A DNA stretch of 64,000 nt from Candidatus Iainarchaeum sp. (GTDB taxonomy: Archaea > Iainarchaeota > Iainarchaeia > Iainarchaeales > GCA-2688035): contig NZBU01000009.1 in NCBI GenBank assembly GCA_002688035.1, forward strand, positions 25,929 to 89,928. The letters are read 5' to 3'. Below the pieces are notes generated by a model. That model saw nothing but the letters and a program-made list of their open reading frames with translations, was not told the DNA's origin and made no database searches. This document shows positions 39,103-48,488 of the stretch, piece after piece. The position numbers and the translations under genes are program-made. Each line of letters opens with the position of its first letter. Positions within the stretch are counted from its first letter, which is position 1.

Positions 39103-40044
39103 CTATTTCGCATCCGTAATTTTTTTAATGAGTTTGCAAGCCGCACATTCTTTCCCACTAGTGGGTTCGCCGCATTCTTTGCAGGCATTTAGCTTTACTT
39201 TTGCGCTTTTGCCAGCAAGCTTTGGTTTTGCCTGCTTCAAAAAACTGAGTATGCTGTACATGGTTCCCGGGAACTGTGACTCAAGATGATTGAGAACTGA
39301 ACGATAAGTATTTCTCTTTGCCTGCCACTTGAACGGACAGCATTGTTCCTCATAGTGTTTTACTCCTTTGTAGTGAGCAAAAGCAATTATCTCTATCTCA
39401 GGGGAGTCCCACAGTGGCTTTATCCTTGGAACAAAACCCTTTCCTTTCTTCATGCGGGTTATTGGTCCAAGCCTAACAAGTCTTTGAATATCTGCCTCGC
39501 ACACATTCATCAGCGTGCTCTGTGTTTCATCATCCAGGTTGTGTCCTGTAACAAGCTTGTTTGCCCCAAGTTTTTTCGCATACTGATTCATAATCTTCCT
39601 GCGCAGTACTCCGCAAAAACTGCAGGTTCCACCTATTCTTTTTTTCGCACCGGTCTTCTTCATCACATCAACCATTGTGAAACCAAACTCGTCCTTGAAG
39701 CTAATTCGCGTGAATGGAATTCCCCAGGCCTTACAGTTCTCCTCGGCAAAATTTAATGCCGCGTCCCTATAACCCTCTATTTCCTCATCAATAAGGAGGG
39801 CTTCAAGTTCATTGCTCTTTCCAAAAATCTTATGCATCAAGTAAAGCGCAACACAACTGTCCTTTCCACCGCTCACTGCGACCAATAGCTTTTCGCCTTT
39901 TCCAACAAGGCCATTTGTCCTGCAGGTTCTCTTAACTCTCTTCTCAAAAAAGTGCGTAAAGTGATCTTTGCAAAACTTGTGGGGGCCATAAAGAAGTTCT
40001 ATTGCTGCCTTGCTTTCGCATCTATCACATTTTCCTGTTACCAT
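39103..40044 (-). CDS. tRNA 2-thiolation protein (TtuA/Ncs6 family)
   Basis: N- and C-terminal Zn fingers, SGGKDS, CSFCGVLRR, TGHNLDD, CP. Confidence 0.92.
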   Translation of the reverse strand: MVTGKCDRCESKAAIELLYGPHKFCKDHFTHFFEKRVKRTCRTNGLVGKGEKLLVAVSGGKDSCVALYLMHKIFGKSNELEALLIDEEIEGYRDAALNFAEENCKAWGIPFTRISFKDEFGFTMVDVMKKTGAKKRIGGTCSFCGVLRRKIMNQYAKKLGANKLVTGHNLDDETQSTLMNVCEADIQRLVRLGPITRMKKGKGFVPRIKPLWDSPEIEIIAFAHYKGVKHYEEQCCPFKWQAKRNTYRSVLNHLESQFPGTMYSILSFLKQAKPKLAGKSAKVKLNACKECGEPTSGKECAACKLIKKITDAK

Positions 40045-40097
40045 AAAAAAACTGCCCTAGTATCCTTTAATTAATTTATTGATTCATTCTTTATCTT

Positions 40098-40193
40098 ATG
40101 AAGAAGCAAACCAAGTTTCTGAAGGAAGAAACAAGGGTAAAGCAGAGAATGGGCCGAGGGAAAACAGGCAAGAAGGGCAGCAAGGGCGAGTAA
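40098..40193 (+). CDS. Putative 31-aa basic microprotein
   Basis: MKKQTKFLKEETRVKQRMGRGKTGKKGSKGE; purine-rich coding-like stretch after a TATA-like box. Confidence 0.45.
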   Translation: MKKQTKFLKEETRVKQRMGRGKTGKKGSKGE

Positions 40194-40284
40194 GGCAAAC
40201 ATTAGCTTTAAATTCCTTCTCTTTGAAATAATTTGTATTAATTAACTTCTTTTAACGCATCTTTTGTGCTAGTGAAGTGAGATT

Positions 40285-40890
40285 ATGAGTGCGACAAAAG
40301 CAATACAGGAAACGTTTGCAAAAGAATTTGCCGGTAAGAAAGATAAGTCTTACGATTACAAGGCAATCCAGCGTGAGCGCATGATTGGCTTCAGGAAAGA
40401 GAAGCAGGCTATTGTTCGTCTTGACAAACCAACAAATATTGCCAAGGCTAGAACCTTGGGCTACAAGGCAAAGAAGGGCCTTGTTGTTGTAAGGGTTAGA
40501 GTGCGCAGAGGAAGTGGTGCACAGCGTAGGCCAAAGAAGGGTAGAAAGCCAAAGCGCATGGGTGTAAATAAGCTGACAAGAGCAATTAGCATTAAGGGCA
40601 TTGCAGAGCAGCGCGCTTCAAGAAAGTATGAGAACTGCGAAGTTTTGAATTCTTACAAGATTGGTGCAGATGGAAAGCATCATTATTATGAAGTAATTCT
40701 GGTTGACACTTCAGCACCTGAAATAAAATCTGATAAAGATCTAAATTGGCTTTGCGAGAAAACCCAGAAAGGAAGAGCCGAGCGTGGTTTAACTTCCGCT
40801 GGAAAAAAGAGCAGGGGTCTTCGCAGAAAAGGCAAGGGTGCAGAAAAAATCAGGCCATCTCTGAGAGCAAAGGGCAGAAAGGGAAAGTAA
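40285..40890 (+). CDS. rpl15e: 50S ribosomal protein eL15
   Basis: KARTLGYKAKKG, IAEQRA.RKY.N.EVLNSY, RGLTSAGKKSRGL. Confidence 0.96.
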   Translation: MSATKAIQETFAKEFAGKKDKSYDYKAIQRERMIGFRKEKQAIVRLDKPTNIAKARTLGYKAKKGLVVVRVRVRRGSGAQRRPKKGRKPKRMGVNKLTRAISIKGIAEQRASRKYENCEVLNSYKIGADGKHHYYEVILVDTSAPEIKSDKDLNWLCEKTQKGRAERGLTSAGKKSRGLRRKGKGAEKIRPSLRAKGRKGK

Positions 40891-40976
40891 AAGCACTTTT
40901 TCTTTTTTTTGTTAAAAAATAAAACCTGCACTAAAAGAAAAACACTTTTTAAAATGAAGCAGGCTAATTCTTCTCA

Positions 40977-41816
40977 ATGCCAGCAAAAGTTTTTCTAATC
41001 CAAAAAGAGTTTCTGCAAAAGCTGCCCGCTACTTTTCAAAAACTCGGTTTCAAGCAGCGCTTTGAAAACAAGTCTACTGCCGTAAAAGTTCACATGGGTG
41101 AGTATGGGAACCTGAATTATGTGAGGCCGCCGATTGTTGGCAAGTGTGTTGAAGAGCTATTGGCAGTTGGAGCAAAACCATTTCTGTTCGATTCTCTCAC
41201 CAAATATCACGGGAACCGTTTTACTGTTGAAGATTATAAGGAAACCGCACGCAAGAACGGTTTTACCGAGGAAACAATTGGCTGCCCCATTGTGATTAGT
41301 AATGAAACCGTGAATGCAGAAGGATTCATGGATCGGGAAGTCGGGCTATGCAAAGACGTGGTTGATGCAGACGCCATCTTCACAATAAGTCATTGCAAGG
41401 GACATGGCTTTGCAGGATTTGGCGGGGCAATTAAAAACCTTGGATTTGGCGCAGTAAACCAGGAAACAAAAAATGTTGTTCACGGGAACAAAAGAAAGCT
41501 CCTGGAATTTATTGCAAACCAGTGCTTTGCAGTGCTCAAACAATTTGAAAACGGAAACTCTATTTATGTAAACGTGCTCAACGATATCTCAAAGCTCTGC
41601 GACTGTCATGGTGATGCCGGGTTTGGGATAATGAAAGGGATAGGGATTGCGGTAAGCGATAATATTGCGGCAATAGATAGGGCTTCAATAGATTTAATCA
41701 ACAAAGAGTTTGGCCAAGACTTTTTCGAGCATTTGAATCATATTGATCCCAGGCCGCAGTATGAACTGTTGGAACAACATGGGATTTTATCTGATTATTT
41801 TCTTGAGGTGATTTAA
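40977..41816 (+). CDS. DUF362 family (Fe-S) protein
   Basis: VKVHMGE, SHCKGH..AGFGGAIKNLG.G, CDC. Confidence 0.85.
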   Translation: MPAKVFLIQKEFLQKLPATFQKLGFKQRFENKSTAVKVHMGEYGNLNYVRPPIVGKCVEELLAVGAKPFLFDSLTKYHGNRFTVEDYKETARKNGFTEETIGCPIVISNETVNAEGFMDREVGLCKDVVDADAIFTISHCKGHGFAGFGGAIKNLGFGAVNQETKNVVHGNKRKLLEFIANQCFAVLKQFENGNSIYVNVLNDISKLCDCHGDAGFGIMKGIGIAVSDNIAAIDRASIDLINKEFGQDFFEHLNHIDPRPQYELLEQHGILSDYFLEVI

Positions 41817-42316
41817 TGAGATTCAAACTTTTGAAAGGAGACATTGCAGACGCAGTTGTAGACGCAATAGTTAATGCTGCAGGAACCTCCCTTCATATGG
41901 GTGGGGGAGTAGCCGGTGCCTTGAAGAGAAAAGGCGGACAGGAAATAGAGGACGAGGCCCTAAAAAAAGCACCCATTGGATTAGGCAAGGCCGTTGAAAC
42001 AAATGCAGGCAAGCTAAGCGCCAAGTATGTGATTCACGCAGCGGCAATGCCGCACTCAGGGGATGAAAGGGCAACATCGGACAGTATTTCCCAGTCAACA
42101 AGACATGCTTTAAAACTGGCGGACGAATTAGAATGTCAGACAATTGCAATTCCGGCGGTTGGGTGTGGCATAGCCGGCTTTCCCCTAAATCAGGGTGCAA
42201 AAATTATTCTAAGAGAAATTTTTCGCTTTCACGGAAAAAATTTGGAGAAATGTATTGTAGTATTGTTCTCTGATGCAGAGTACAAAGCTTTTGACCAGGC
42301 TTCAAGGAGAGTTTAA
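41816..42316 (+). CDS. Macro domain protein (ADP-ribose processing)
   Basis: GDI, DAIVNAAG, GGGVAGA, VIHA, PAVGCGIAG. Confidence 0.93.
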   Translation: MRFKLLKGDIADAVVDAIVNAAGTSLHMGGGVAGALKRKGGQEIEDEALKKAPIGLGKAVETNAGKLSAKYVIHAAAMPHSGDERATSDSISQSTRHALKLADELECQTIAIPAVGCGIAGFPLNQGAKIILREIFRFHGKNLEKCIVVLFSDAEYKAFDQASRRV

Positions 42317-42862
42317 ATGTCTAAAAATATTCCCACTCCTGAAGAGTGCATTCCACTCCTGAAAAAGTACGGGGCCACTGAAACAATTATTGGACACTTG
42401 AAGCAAACCGCAAAAGTTGCAGTATTCCTCGGAAAAAAATTGGCTGAGAAAGGAGAAGAGATTGATTTACCACTTTTGGAAGCTTCTGCTTTGCTGCATG
42501 ATATTGACAAGAAGATTACTCTTGATGATCATTCAAAAAAGCATGCCGTGGAAGCAGAAGCAATTCTGAAGAAAGAAGGTTTTCCAAAGATTGCAGAAAT
42601 TGTGAGACAGCACAGGTTGGGATGGATACGCGAGAACCAATTTTCAGGGTGGGAGGCAAAGCTTGTTTACTATTCGGATAAAAGGGTTAGGCATGATCAA
42701 ATAGTTTCGCTTGAAGAGCGCTTTGAATACTTGCTTGAGAGATATGGCTCCATTTCAAAGGAGGCCAGAGAAAGCATTCTGAAAGCCAAGCCAAAAGTAT
42801 TTGAATTAGAGGAGGAAATTTTCTCCAAAATTGATGTTGACAAGAATTTGAAGGGGATTTGA
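42317..42862 (+). CDS. HD domain phosphohydrolase
   Basis: H...LLHDIDK...H...H...YSDK. Confidence 0.88.
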   Translation: MSKNIPTPEECIPLLKKYGATETIIGHLKQTAKVAVFLGKKLAEKGEEIDLPLLEASALLHDIDKKITLDDHSKKHAVEAEAILKKEGFPKIAEIVRQHRLGWIRENQFSGWEAKLVYYSDKRVRHDQIVSLEERFEYLLERYGSISKEARESILKAKPKVFELEEEIFSKIDVDKNLKGI

Positions 42863-43149
42863 TGCAAAAACAACAGCAGAGAACAAAAATCAGGCCCTCG
42901 CAGAGGATGAAGAAGCGCTATATGCTATTCGAGTATATGGCGAGTGATTCTTTCGAAAGGGTTCGGGAAGCTCTTTTTGAGTTGGGAGTAAAGCCCCTGA
43001 AGCTTGTAGAGTTCAATTCTCAGACAAAAAAGGGAATTGTGCGCTGCGAAAGAGGCAAAGAATCTGCTTTGAAAACAGCGATGACAAAGGTCGATTTTAA
43101 GCCGATTAAGACTAGCGGGACCATCAAAAAGCTACGTAGCCTGCCTTAA
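42859..43149 (+). CDS. rnp2: RNase P protein Pop5/Rpp14
   Basis: RPSQRMKKRYMLF, GIVRC, TSGTIKKL; superoperon position. Confidence 0.85.
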   Translation: MMQKQQQRTKIRPSQRMKKRYMLFEYMASDSFERVREALFELGVKPLKLVEFNSQTKKGIVRCERGKESALKTAMTKVDFKPIKTSGTIKKLRSLP

Positions 43150-43235
43150 AACGCATTTGACAATAGCTTTTTAATCTCTTTCAAACACACTAGTCTTAGG
43201 CTCACAGTAGTGAAATTTATTTTAGGTAGATAACT

Positions 43236-43409
43236 ATGGCGCTAGTCAATGCATTAAAGGCAAAGTGTACCAAGTGCGGTTATGGCATTCCTTTGAGTAG
43301 CCAAGAGTATGAAAAAGCCGAGGGAGTACAGTGCCCAAAATGCAGTTCTGATTGGACAATTCTAAGGGATGACGGCGAACTCTTTCTTGAGCTAAAGAAG
43401 AACCAATAA
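43236..43409 (+). CDS. 57-aa zinc-ribbon protein (LysW-like spacing)
   Basis: Manual translation MALVNALKAKCTKCG...VQCPKCSSDWTILRDDGELFLELKKNQ; AGGT RBS. Confidence 0.7.
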   Translation: MALVNALKAKCTKCGYGIPLSSQEYEKAEGVQCPKCSSDWTILRDDGELFLELKKNQ

Positions 43410-43486
43410 GCTCGAGGAAGAAGCTTTTTATAGTTAACGTAGATAAAATTCTTTAAACTGGAAAGATAAGGAGATTAAGGGTTAAA

Positions 43487-44212
43487 ATGTATCCTGTTTC
43501 TAGAAAAGGCTCAGCCTATGACCGTGTTGCAACGATGTTTTCTCCAGACGGCAGACTATATCAGGTTGAGTATGCCGGCAAAATCGTGGAGCAGGGAACC
43601 ATTGGCGCAGCCCTAGTATACGATGACGGAGTTCTTTTTGGCGCCGACAAAAAGATTTCAAGCAAGCTTATTATTCCAAAAAGTGTTGAAAAATTATTCA
43701 AGATTGACGATCATGTAGGCGCAATTTCCGCAGGACTAGTTGGGGATGCGAGAAGGCTTGTCCAGATCGCGAGAAAAGAATCCCAGGAAAACAAAATGTA
43801 CTACGAGGAAAAGATTCCTGTGGAAACACTTGTAAAACACGTTAGTGGAGTAAAACAATTATTCACACAGTATGCTGGAATGAGGCCTTTTGGAGTGAGT
43901 TTTATTATGGGTGGCGTGGATGACACCGGCCCAAGGCTTTTTGAAACAGAGCCAAGCGGTGCACTTGCCGAGTACAAGGCAATAGCAATTGGCAAGGACA
44001 GGAAAGAGGCAATGAAGGTCTTTGAGAAAAAGTATAAAGAGGGAATTGATTTTGAGGCCGGTATAAAACTGATTACCGAGGCTCTTGAGGCTGCGCGCGA
44101 TGACAAGGAAAAATCTGATGTTAATAGGTTAGAGTTTACTTTCATTTCAAATGGCGGTTCTTTTGAAAGGATTGAAACACAAAAATTGAAATCTATTTTA
44201 GGGAAAAAATAA
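43487..44212 (+). CDS. psmA: Proteasome alpha subunit
   Basis: AYDR..TMFSPDGRLYQVEYA, RPFGVS. Confidence 0.96.
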   Translation: MYPVSRKGSAYDRVATMFSPDGRLYQVEYAGKIVEQGTIGAALVYDDGVLFGADKKISSKLIIPKSVEKLFKIDDHVGAISAGLVGDARRLVQIARKESQENKMYYEEKIPVETLVKHVSGVKQLFTQYAGMRPFGVSFIMGGVDDTGPRLFETEPSGALAEYKAIAIGKDRKEAMKVFEKKYKEGIDFEAGIKLITEALEAARDDKEKSDVNRLEFTFISNGGSFERIETQKLKSILGKK

Positions 44213-44245
44213 TTAAAGTAAATAATTTAAGAGGTTTAAAAAACC

Positions 44246-44947
44246 ATGGTGAAATTAGAGGACGCGGTAATCGCAAGAATCGAGAAAAATGGTGAACACT
44301 TCGAAATTCTTGTTGATCCCGCACTTGCTTTAAAACTAAAGAAAGGTGAAACAGTGAGTTTTAATGATTTACTAGTAATCGATACAGTTTTCAAGGACGC
44401 CAAGAAAGGCAGCGAGCAGAGCCCTGAATCCCTGAACAAGGCTTTTGCCACAGTTGAGATAAACGAAGTTGCAGAGAAAATTATTATGCAGGGAGAAGTG
44501 CAGCTCACAACCGATCAGAGAAGAACAATGCGCGAGGCAAAGAAAAAAGAGATAATCGCGATTATATCCAGAAACGCTTTGAACCCGCAAACCAATGCAC
44601 CTCATCCACCAAAAAGAATTGAGATTGCATTGGAAGAAGCAAAGATAATGATTGATGAGAACAAGAGAGCGGACGAGCAAGTTTCTGATATTTTGAAGGA
44701 GTTGAAAAAGATAATCCCGATTTCATTTGAAAAACAGCAGATTGCAATAAAGGTTCCTGCAGAGCAAGCGGGCAGAGTATCAGCTTTCCTGCACAAGCAC
44801 GATCTCAAAAAGGAACAATGGATGAATGACGGAAGCCTTGTCGCTATAGTTGAAACTCCGGCAGGTCTAAGAAACGAGTTTTTGACAGAATTGAATCATT
44901 TAACACACGGAGACGTGGAAACAAAAATAATGGAGAAAGGTGACTGA
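44246..44947 (+). CDS. Ribosome maturation factor SBDS/Sdo1
   Basis: [26 protein letters not shown]. Confidence 0.95.
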   Translation: MVKLEDAVIARIEKNGEHFEILVDPALALKLKKGETVSFNDLLVIDTVFKDAKKGSEQSPESLNKAFATVEINEVAEKIIMQGEVQLTTDQRRTMREAKKKEIIAIISRNALNPQTNAPHPPKRIEIALEEAKIMIDENKRADEQVSDILKELKKIIPISFEKQQIAIKVPAEQAGRVSAFLHKHDLKKEQWMNDGSLVAIVETPAGLRNEFLTELNHLTHGDVETKIMEKGD

Positions 44948-44949
44948 AT

Positions 44950-45573
44950 TTGAGTGAGAAAAAAATTGTTATACCCGGAGACCTGGTTACTGAGGAGAGA
45001 AAGAAGCTCGGCAGCCATGTTTTTGTTGAAAATGGTAAAGTATTCAGCGATTCCCTTGGTTTGTTTTATCCTGGGAAAGACATAGCATCTGTGGTGCCGC
45101 TGCATGGGAAATATATTCCAAGAAGAGGAGATTTGATAGTAGGAATAGTTGTAAGTCAAACCTACTCAGGATATATTGTGGATATTAATAGCATTTATTC
45201 AAGCTATATTTCAAAAGAATTAACTCGCGACAGGTTAAAGCGAGGCGCCGTAATATCGGCAAAAGTAACCGATGTAAACGAAGTAAATGAGGCTGACTTG
45301 GATGACGTGCGAGTATTTTATGGCGGCGAAGTTCTATCTGTAACCCCTGTAAAAATTCCAAGGATGATTGGAAAGAATGGAAGCATGTTAAACGCTTTAA
45401 AGGACGGAACCGGTTGTAGTCTACTTATTGGTAGGAATGGCTGGGTATGGGTAAAGGACGGAAATGTTCCTTTACTGGTAAAAGCAATCGATCTTATTGA
45501 ACGAGAAGCCCACTTAAACAATCTTACAAATAAAGTTGGAGACTTCTTAAATAAAAACAAGGGTGAAAAATGA
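44950..45573 (+). CDS. rrp4: Exosome RNA-binding subunit Rrp4
   Basis: VIPGD, YIPRRGDLIVG (S1), PRMIGKNGSM (KH), GRNGWVW. Confidence 0.94.
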   Translation: MSEKKIVIPGDLVTEERKKLGSHVFVENGKVFSDSLGLFYPGKDIASVVPLHGKYIPRRGDLIVGIVVSQTYSGYIVDINSIYSSYISKELTRDRLKRGAVISAKVTDVNEVNEADLDDVRVFYGGEVLSVTPVKIPRMIGKNGSMLNALKDGTGCSLLIGRNGWVWVKDGNVPLLVKAIDLIEREAHLNNLTNKVGDFLNKNKGEK

Positions 45574-46370
45574 TGGCTAAGAAAAAAGATGAAATTGAGT
45601 ATGTGAAAAACGGGAAAAGAGTTGACGGCAGAAAGGTTGATGAACTAAGGCCGTTGAAAATCGAAGTTGGAGTTATTGACAGAGCAGACGGATCAGCTTA
45701 TGTTGAATGGGGACAGAACAAGGTTCTTGCCGCAGTGTATGGCCCAAGAGAGGCCCTGCCAAAACACATTCAGAATCCTTACAAGGCTCTGGTTAACTGT
45801 CAGTACAGAATGGCAACATTCAGTGTTCCAGACAGAAAGAACCCAAGACCTGGGCGAAGGGAAATAGAAATTTCAAAGGTCTGTAGTGAAGCTCTTGCAA
45901 AATCAATATTCATAGAGAGATTTCCAAACACTAAAATTGATGTGTTTGTGCAAATACTTGACAGTAATGCCGGGACAAGAGTAGCCGGATTGATTGCTGC
46001 AAGTGTAGCATTAGCTGATGCAGGAATTCCAATGAGGGATTTGGTAGCAGCAACAGGTGTTGGTAAAGCAGGTGGAGAAATAATTCTTGACCTCAACAAA
46101 GAGGAAGAAGATGCGCCTGATGCAGTTGACATTCCACTGGCAATATTGCCAGGAACAGAGGAAATAGTTTTGCTTCAGATGGATGGACTACTCACAAAAG
46201 AAGAGTGGAAGAAATCAATTGAGCTTGGAATAAAAGGCTGTAAACAGGTTTACGAGGTGCAGAAAGAGGCTTTGCGAAAAAAGTATGGCGAAGCTGAGAA
46301 GGAAACTGCAAAAGCAAGAGAGCCCAGTGCCAAAGAAACCAAACCAAAAAAAGAAGAGAAGGTGAATTAG
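45570..46370 (+). CDS. rrp41: Exosome catalytic subunit Rrp41
   Basis: RVDGR...LRP, ADGSAY, RREIEIS, AGTR, LLQMDG. Confidence 0.95.
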   Translation: MMAKKKDEIEYVKNGKRVDGRKVDELRPLKIEVGVIDRADGSAYVEWGQNKVLAAVYGPREALPKHIQNPYKALVNCQYRMATFSVPDRKNPRPGRREIEISKVCSEALAKSIFIERFPNTKIDVFVQILDSNAGTRVAGLIAASVALADAGIPMRDLVAATGVGKAGGEIILDLNKEEEDAPDAVDIPLAILPGTEEIVLLQMDGLLTKEEWKKSIELGIKGCKQVYEVQKEALRKKYGEAEKETAKAREPSAKETKPKKEEKVN

Positions 46371-47150
46371 ATGGATGACGTTATATGGGACTTAAGAGTA
46401 GACAGTGCTGTAAAACTTATCAAAGAAGGTAAGCGTATTGACGGAAGGGCATTGGACGAATACAGGAAAATTGATATACAAAATCATATTAGTGAAACTG
46501 CAGAGGGCTCCGCAATAGTTAACCTTGGAAAAACAAGGATTGTTGCAGGAACCAAAATGATTTTGGGAACCCCCTATCCTGATTCACAGGACCAGGGAAC
46601 AATCTCAGTTGGAGCAGAATTATTTCCAATTGCATCCCCCTCATTTGAATTTGGCCCTCCAAAAGCCGCGGCAATAGAATTGTCAAGGGTTATTGACAGG
46701 GGTATCAGAGAAAGCAAGTCCATAGATTTCAAGGACCTTTGCATAACCGAGGGAGAACAAGTGTGGATTGTCTTTGTTGACCTCTATACTATGAATGACG
46801 ATGGGAACTTCTTTGATGCAGGCAGTATTGCTGCACTATCAGCTATGCTGGAAACAAAGATCCCAAAGGTTGAGGATGGGAAAATAGTGAAGAAAGAGTA
46901 TAGCGGAAAGCTAAAACTCTCAAAGAAACCTTTGCTATGCACTTTTGCAAAGATTGCAAATAAGATAGTTATTGATCCAACTCTGGTGGAAGAGAAAGCA
47001 CAGGATGCAAGGTTCTCTGTTTCAACAGCTGACGACAAGCACTTGTGCGCATTCCAGAAGGGTGAGCAAGGTTCTTTTACAAGAAGCGAAATAGACGAGT
47101 GCATTGAAATAGCTTTCAAGCGCGGAAAAGAAATAAGGAAAACATTATAG
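46371..47150 (+). CDS. rrp42: Exosome subunit Rrp42
   Basis: RIDGR, AEGSA, FEFGPP, ELSRVIDRGIRES, DGNFFDA. Confidence 0.95.
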   Translation: MDDVIWDLRVDSAVKLIKEGKRIDGRALDEYRKIDIQNHISETAEGSAIVNLGKTRIVAGTKMILGTPYPDSQDQGTISVGAELFPIASPSFEFGPPKAAAIELSRVIDRGIRESKSIDFKDLCITEGEQVWIVFVDLYTMNDDGNFFDAGSIAALSAMLETKIPKVEDGKIVKKEYSGKLKLSKKPLLCTFAKIANKIVIDPTLVEEKAQDARFSVSTADDKHLCAFQKGEQGSFTRSEIDECIEIAFKRGKEIRKTL

Positions 47151-47160
47151 GTGAAAAGAA

Positions 47161-47709
47161 ATGGGAAAGACTGCAAAAGTAAAGACCACAGGCCGATTTG
47201 GTTCACGTTACGGAGTGGGCATTAGAAAACGCGTGGTAAAAGTAGAGAAAGTCCAAAAACAAAAACACCGTTGTCCAAAATGTGGTTTTATAAGAGTCAA
47301 AAGGCTCGCAGCCGGAATATACACTTGCACTAAATGCAACATAAAAATTGCAGGCGGAGCATATATTCCTGAGACCATGAGCGGCAGCATTGTAAGAAAA
47401 ATGGTCGCCCAAAAGCAGTTCCTACCCTATATGAAAGATTTGATTGCAAGTAAGGAGCCCGGAGCCAAGGAAGAGGTTTTAGAGGCTGTCGGGGAAAAAG
47501 CTGAATCTGTGGAAGAAAAACCAAAGGCAGAGAAAAAAGTGAAGAAAAAGGCCAAGGCAAAATCCGCGGAGAAAGCCGAGAAGAAAGAGAAAAAGGCAAA
47601 GACTGAGAAAAAGCCTGTGAAGAAAAAGGCAGCTGCAAAGAAAGATGCTAAGCCAAAAAAGGGAAAAAAGGAAAAGAAAGAAAAAAAAAGAAAAGAAAAA
47701 ATGAGGTAA
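47161..47709 (+). CDS. rpl37ae: 50S ribosomal protein eL43 (L37Ae) with long K/E/A-rich extension
   Basis: GRFGSRYG, CPKC...GIYTCTKC...AGGAY. Confidence 0.93.
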   Translation: MGKTAKVKTTGRFGSRYGVGIRKRVVKVEKVQKQKHRCPKCGFIRVKRLAAGIYTCTKCNIKIAGGAYIPETMSGSIVRKMVAQKQFLPYMKDLIASKEPGAKEEVLEAVGEKAESVEEKPKAEKKVKKKAKAKSAEKAEKKEKKAKTEKKPVKKKAAAKKDAKPKKGKKEKKEKKRKEKMR

Positions 47710-47720
47710 GGGGTAATTGA

Positions 47721-47852
47721 ATGTATAAATGCGGAAAATGTGGAGAAAAATTTGAGAGCCTTCCGGACGGCATTGTGCGATGCCCCCAGTGTGCCTATAA
47801 GGTTCTTTACAAACTTAGGGATCCTTTGGCAAAAGAAGTAAAAGCACGATAA
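47721..47852 (+). CDS. rpoP: RNA polymerase subunit P (Rpo12)
   Basis: Manual translation MYKCGKCG...VRCPQCAYKVLYKLR...VKAR; canonical position after rpl37ae. Confidence 0.92.
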   Translation: MYKCGKCGEKFESLPDGIVRCPQCAYKVLYKLRDPLAKEVKAR

Positions 47853-47854
47853 AA

Positions 47855-48103
47855 ATGAAAGCGGAATATGCTTGCAGTGTAAAACTGCATTTTGACACAA
47901 CAGAACAGGCAGAAAATGTAATGAATGCGATTTTGCCTGATCTCAATTCTGTGCGCAATCATCGCTCGGAAACAGAAATTAAGGTTAATAAAGCTATTCT
48001 AATACTGAATATTAAAGCACAAGATGCGGTTGCATTGAGGGCTTCGATGAATGGCTGTTTAAAATTAATTGGATTGGTTCAGAAAATATTGGAGGTTAGA
48101 TAG
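47855..48103 (+). CDS. pcc1: KEOPS complex subunit Pcc1
   Basis: AILPD, LNIKAQDAVALRASMN; superoperon position. Confidence 0.88.
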   Translation: MKAEYACSVKLHFDTTEQAENVMNAILPDLNSVRNHRSETEIKVNKAILILNIKAQDAVALRASMNGCLKLIGLVQKILEVR

Positions 48104-48104
48104 T

Positions 48105-48488
48105 ATGGCTGAAAACATTCAACAACAAATCATGGAGTTTGAGAAGAACAGAAACCAGTTACTTGGTATTTCCGCTCAAAAGCAACAGCTTCAGGTTCAA
48201 AGTCAGACTTTGAAGATAACGCTTGAGGAATTGGATAAAACAACGGAAAAACAGGTGTATAAAGCTACTGGGAATATTCTTATTCTTGCAGACACGGACA
48301 AGGTGAAGAAAGAAACCAAGGAGAAGATGGAAAGTGCTGATCTTAGGTTAAAGACCATTGTGAAGCAGGAAGAAAGTCTTGTTAACAAGCTGAACAAGCT
48401 TAGAAGTGAGATCGAGACTGCCCAAAAAGAATTAATGGGAAACCAGGTAATTCAAGCAGATGATGGAGAGAAGAAAGCCAAGAAGTGA
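48105..48488 (+). CDS. pfdB: Prefoldin beta subunit
   Basis: Coiled coils flanking VYKATGNILI; GGAGG RBS. Confidence 0.92.
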   Translation: MAENIQQQIMEFEKNRNQLLGISAQKQQLQVQSQTLKITLEELDKTTEKQVYKATGNILILADTDKVKKETKEKMESADLRLKTIVKQEESLVNKLNKLRSEIETAQKELMGNQVIQADDGEKKAKK

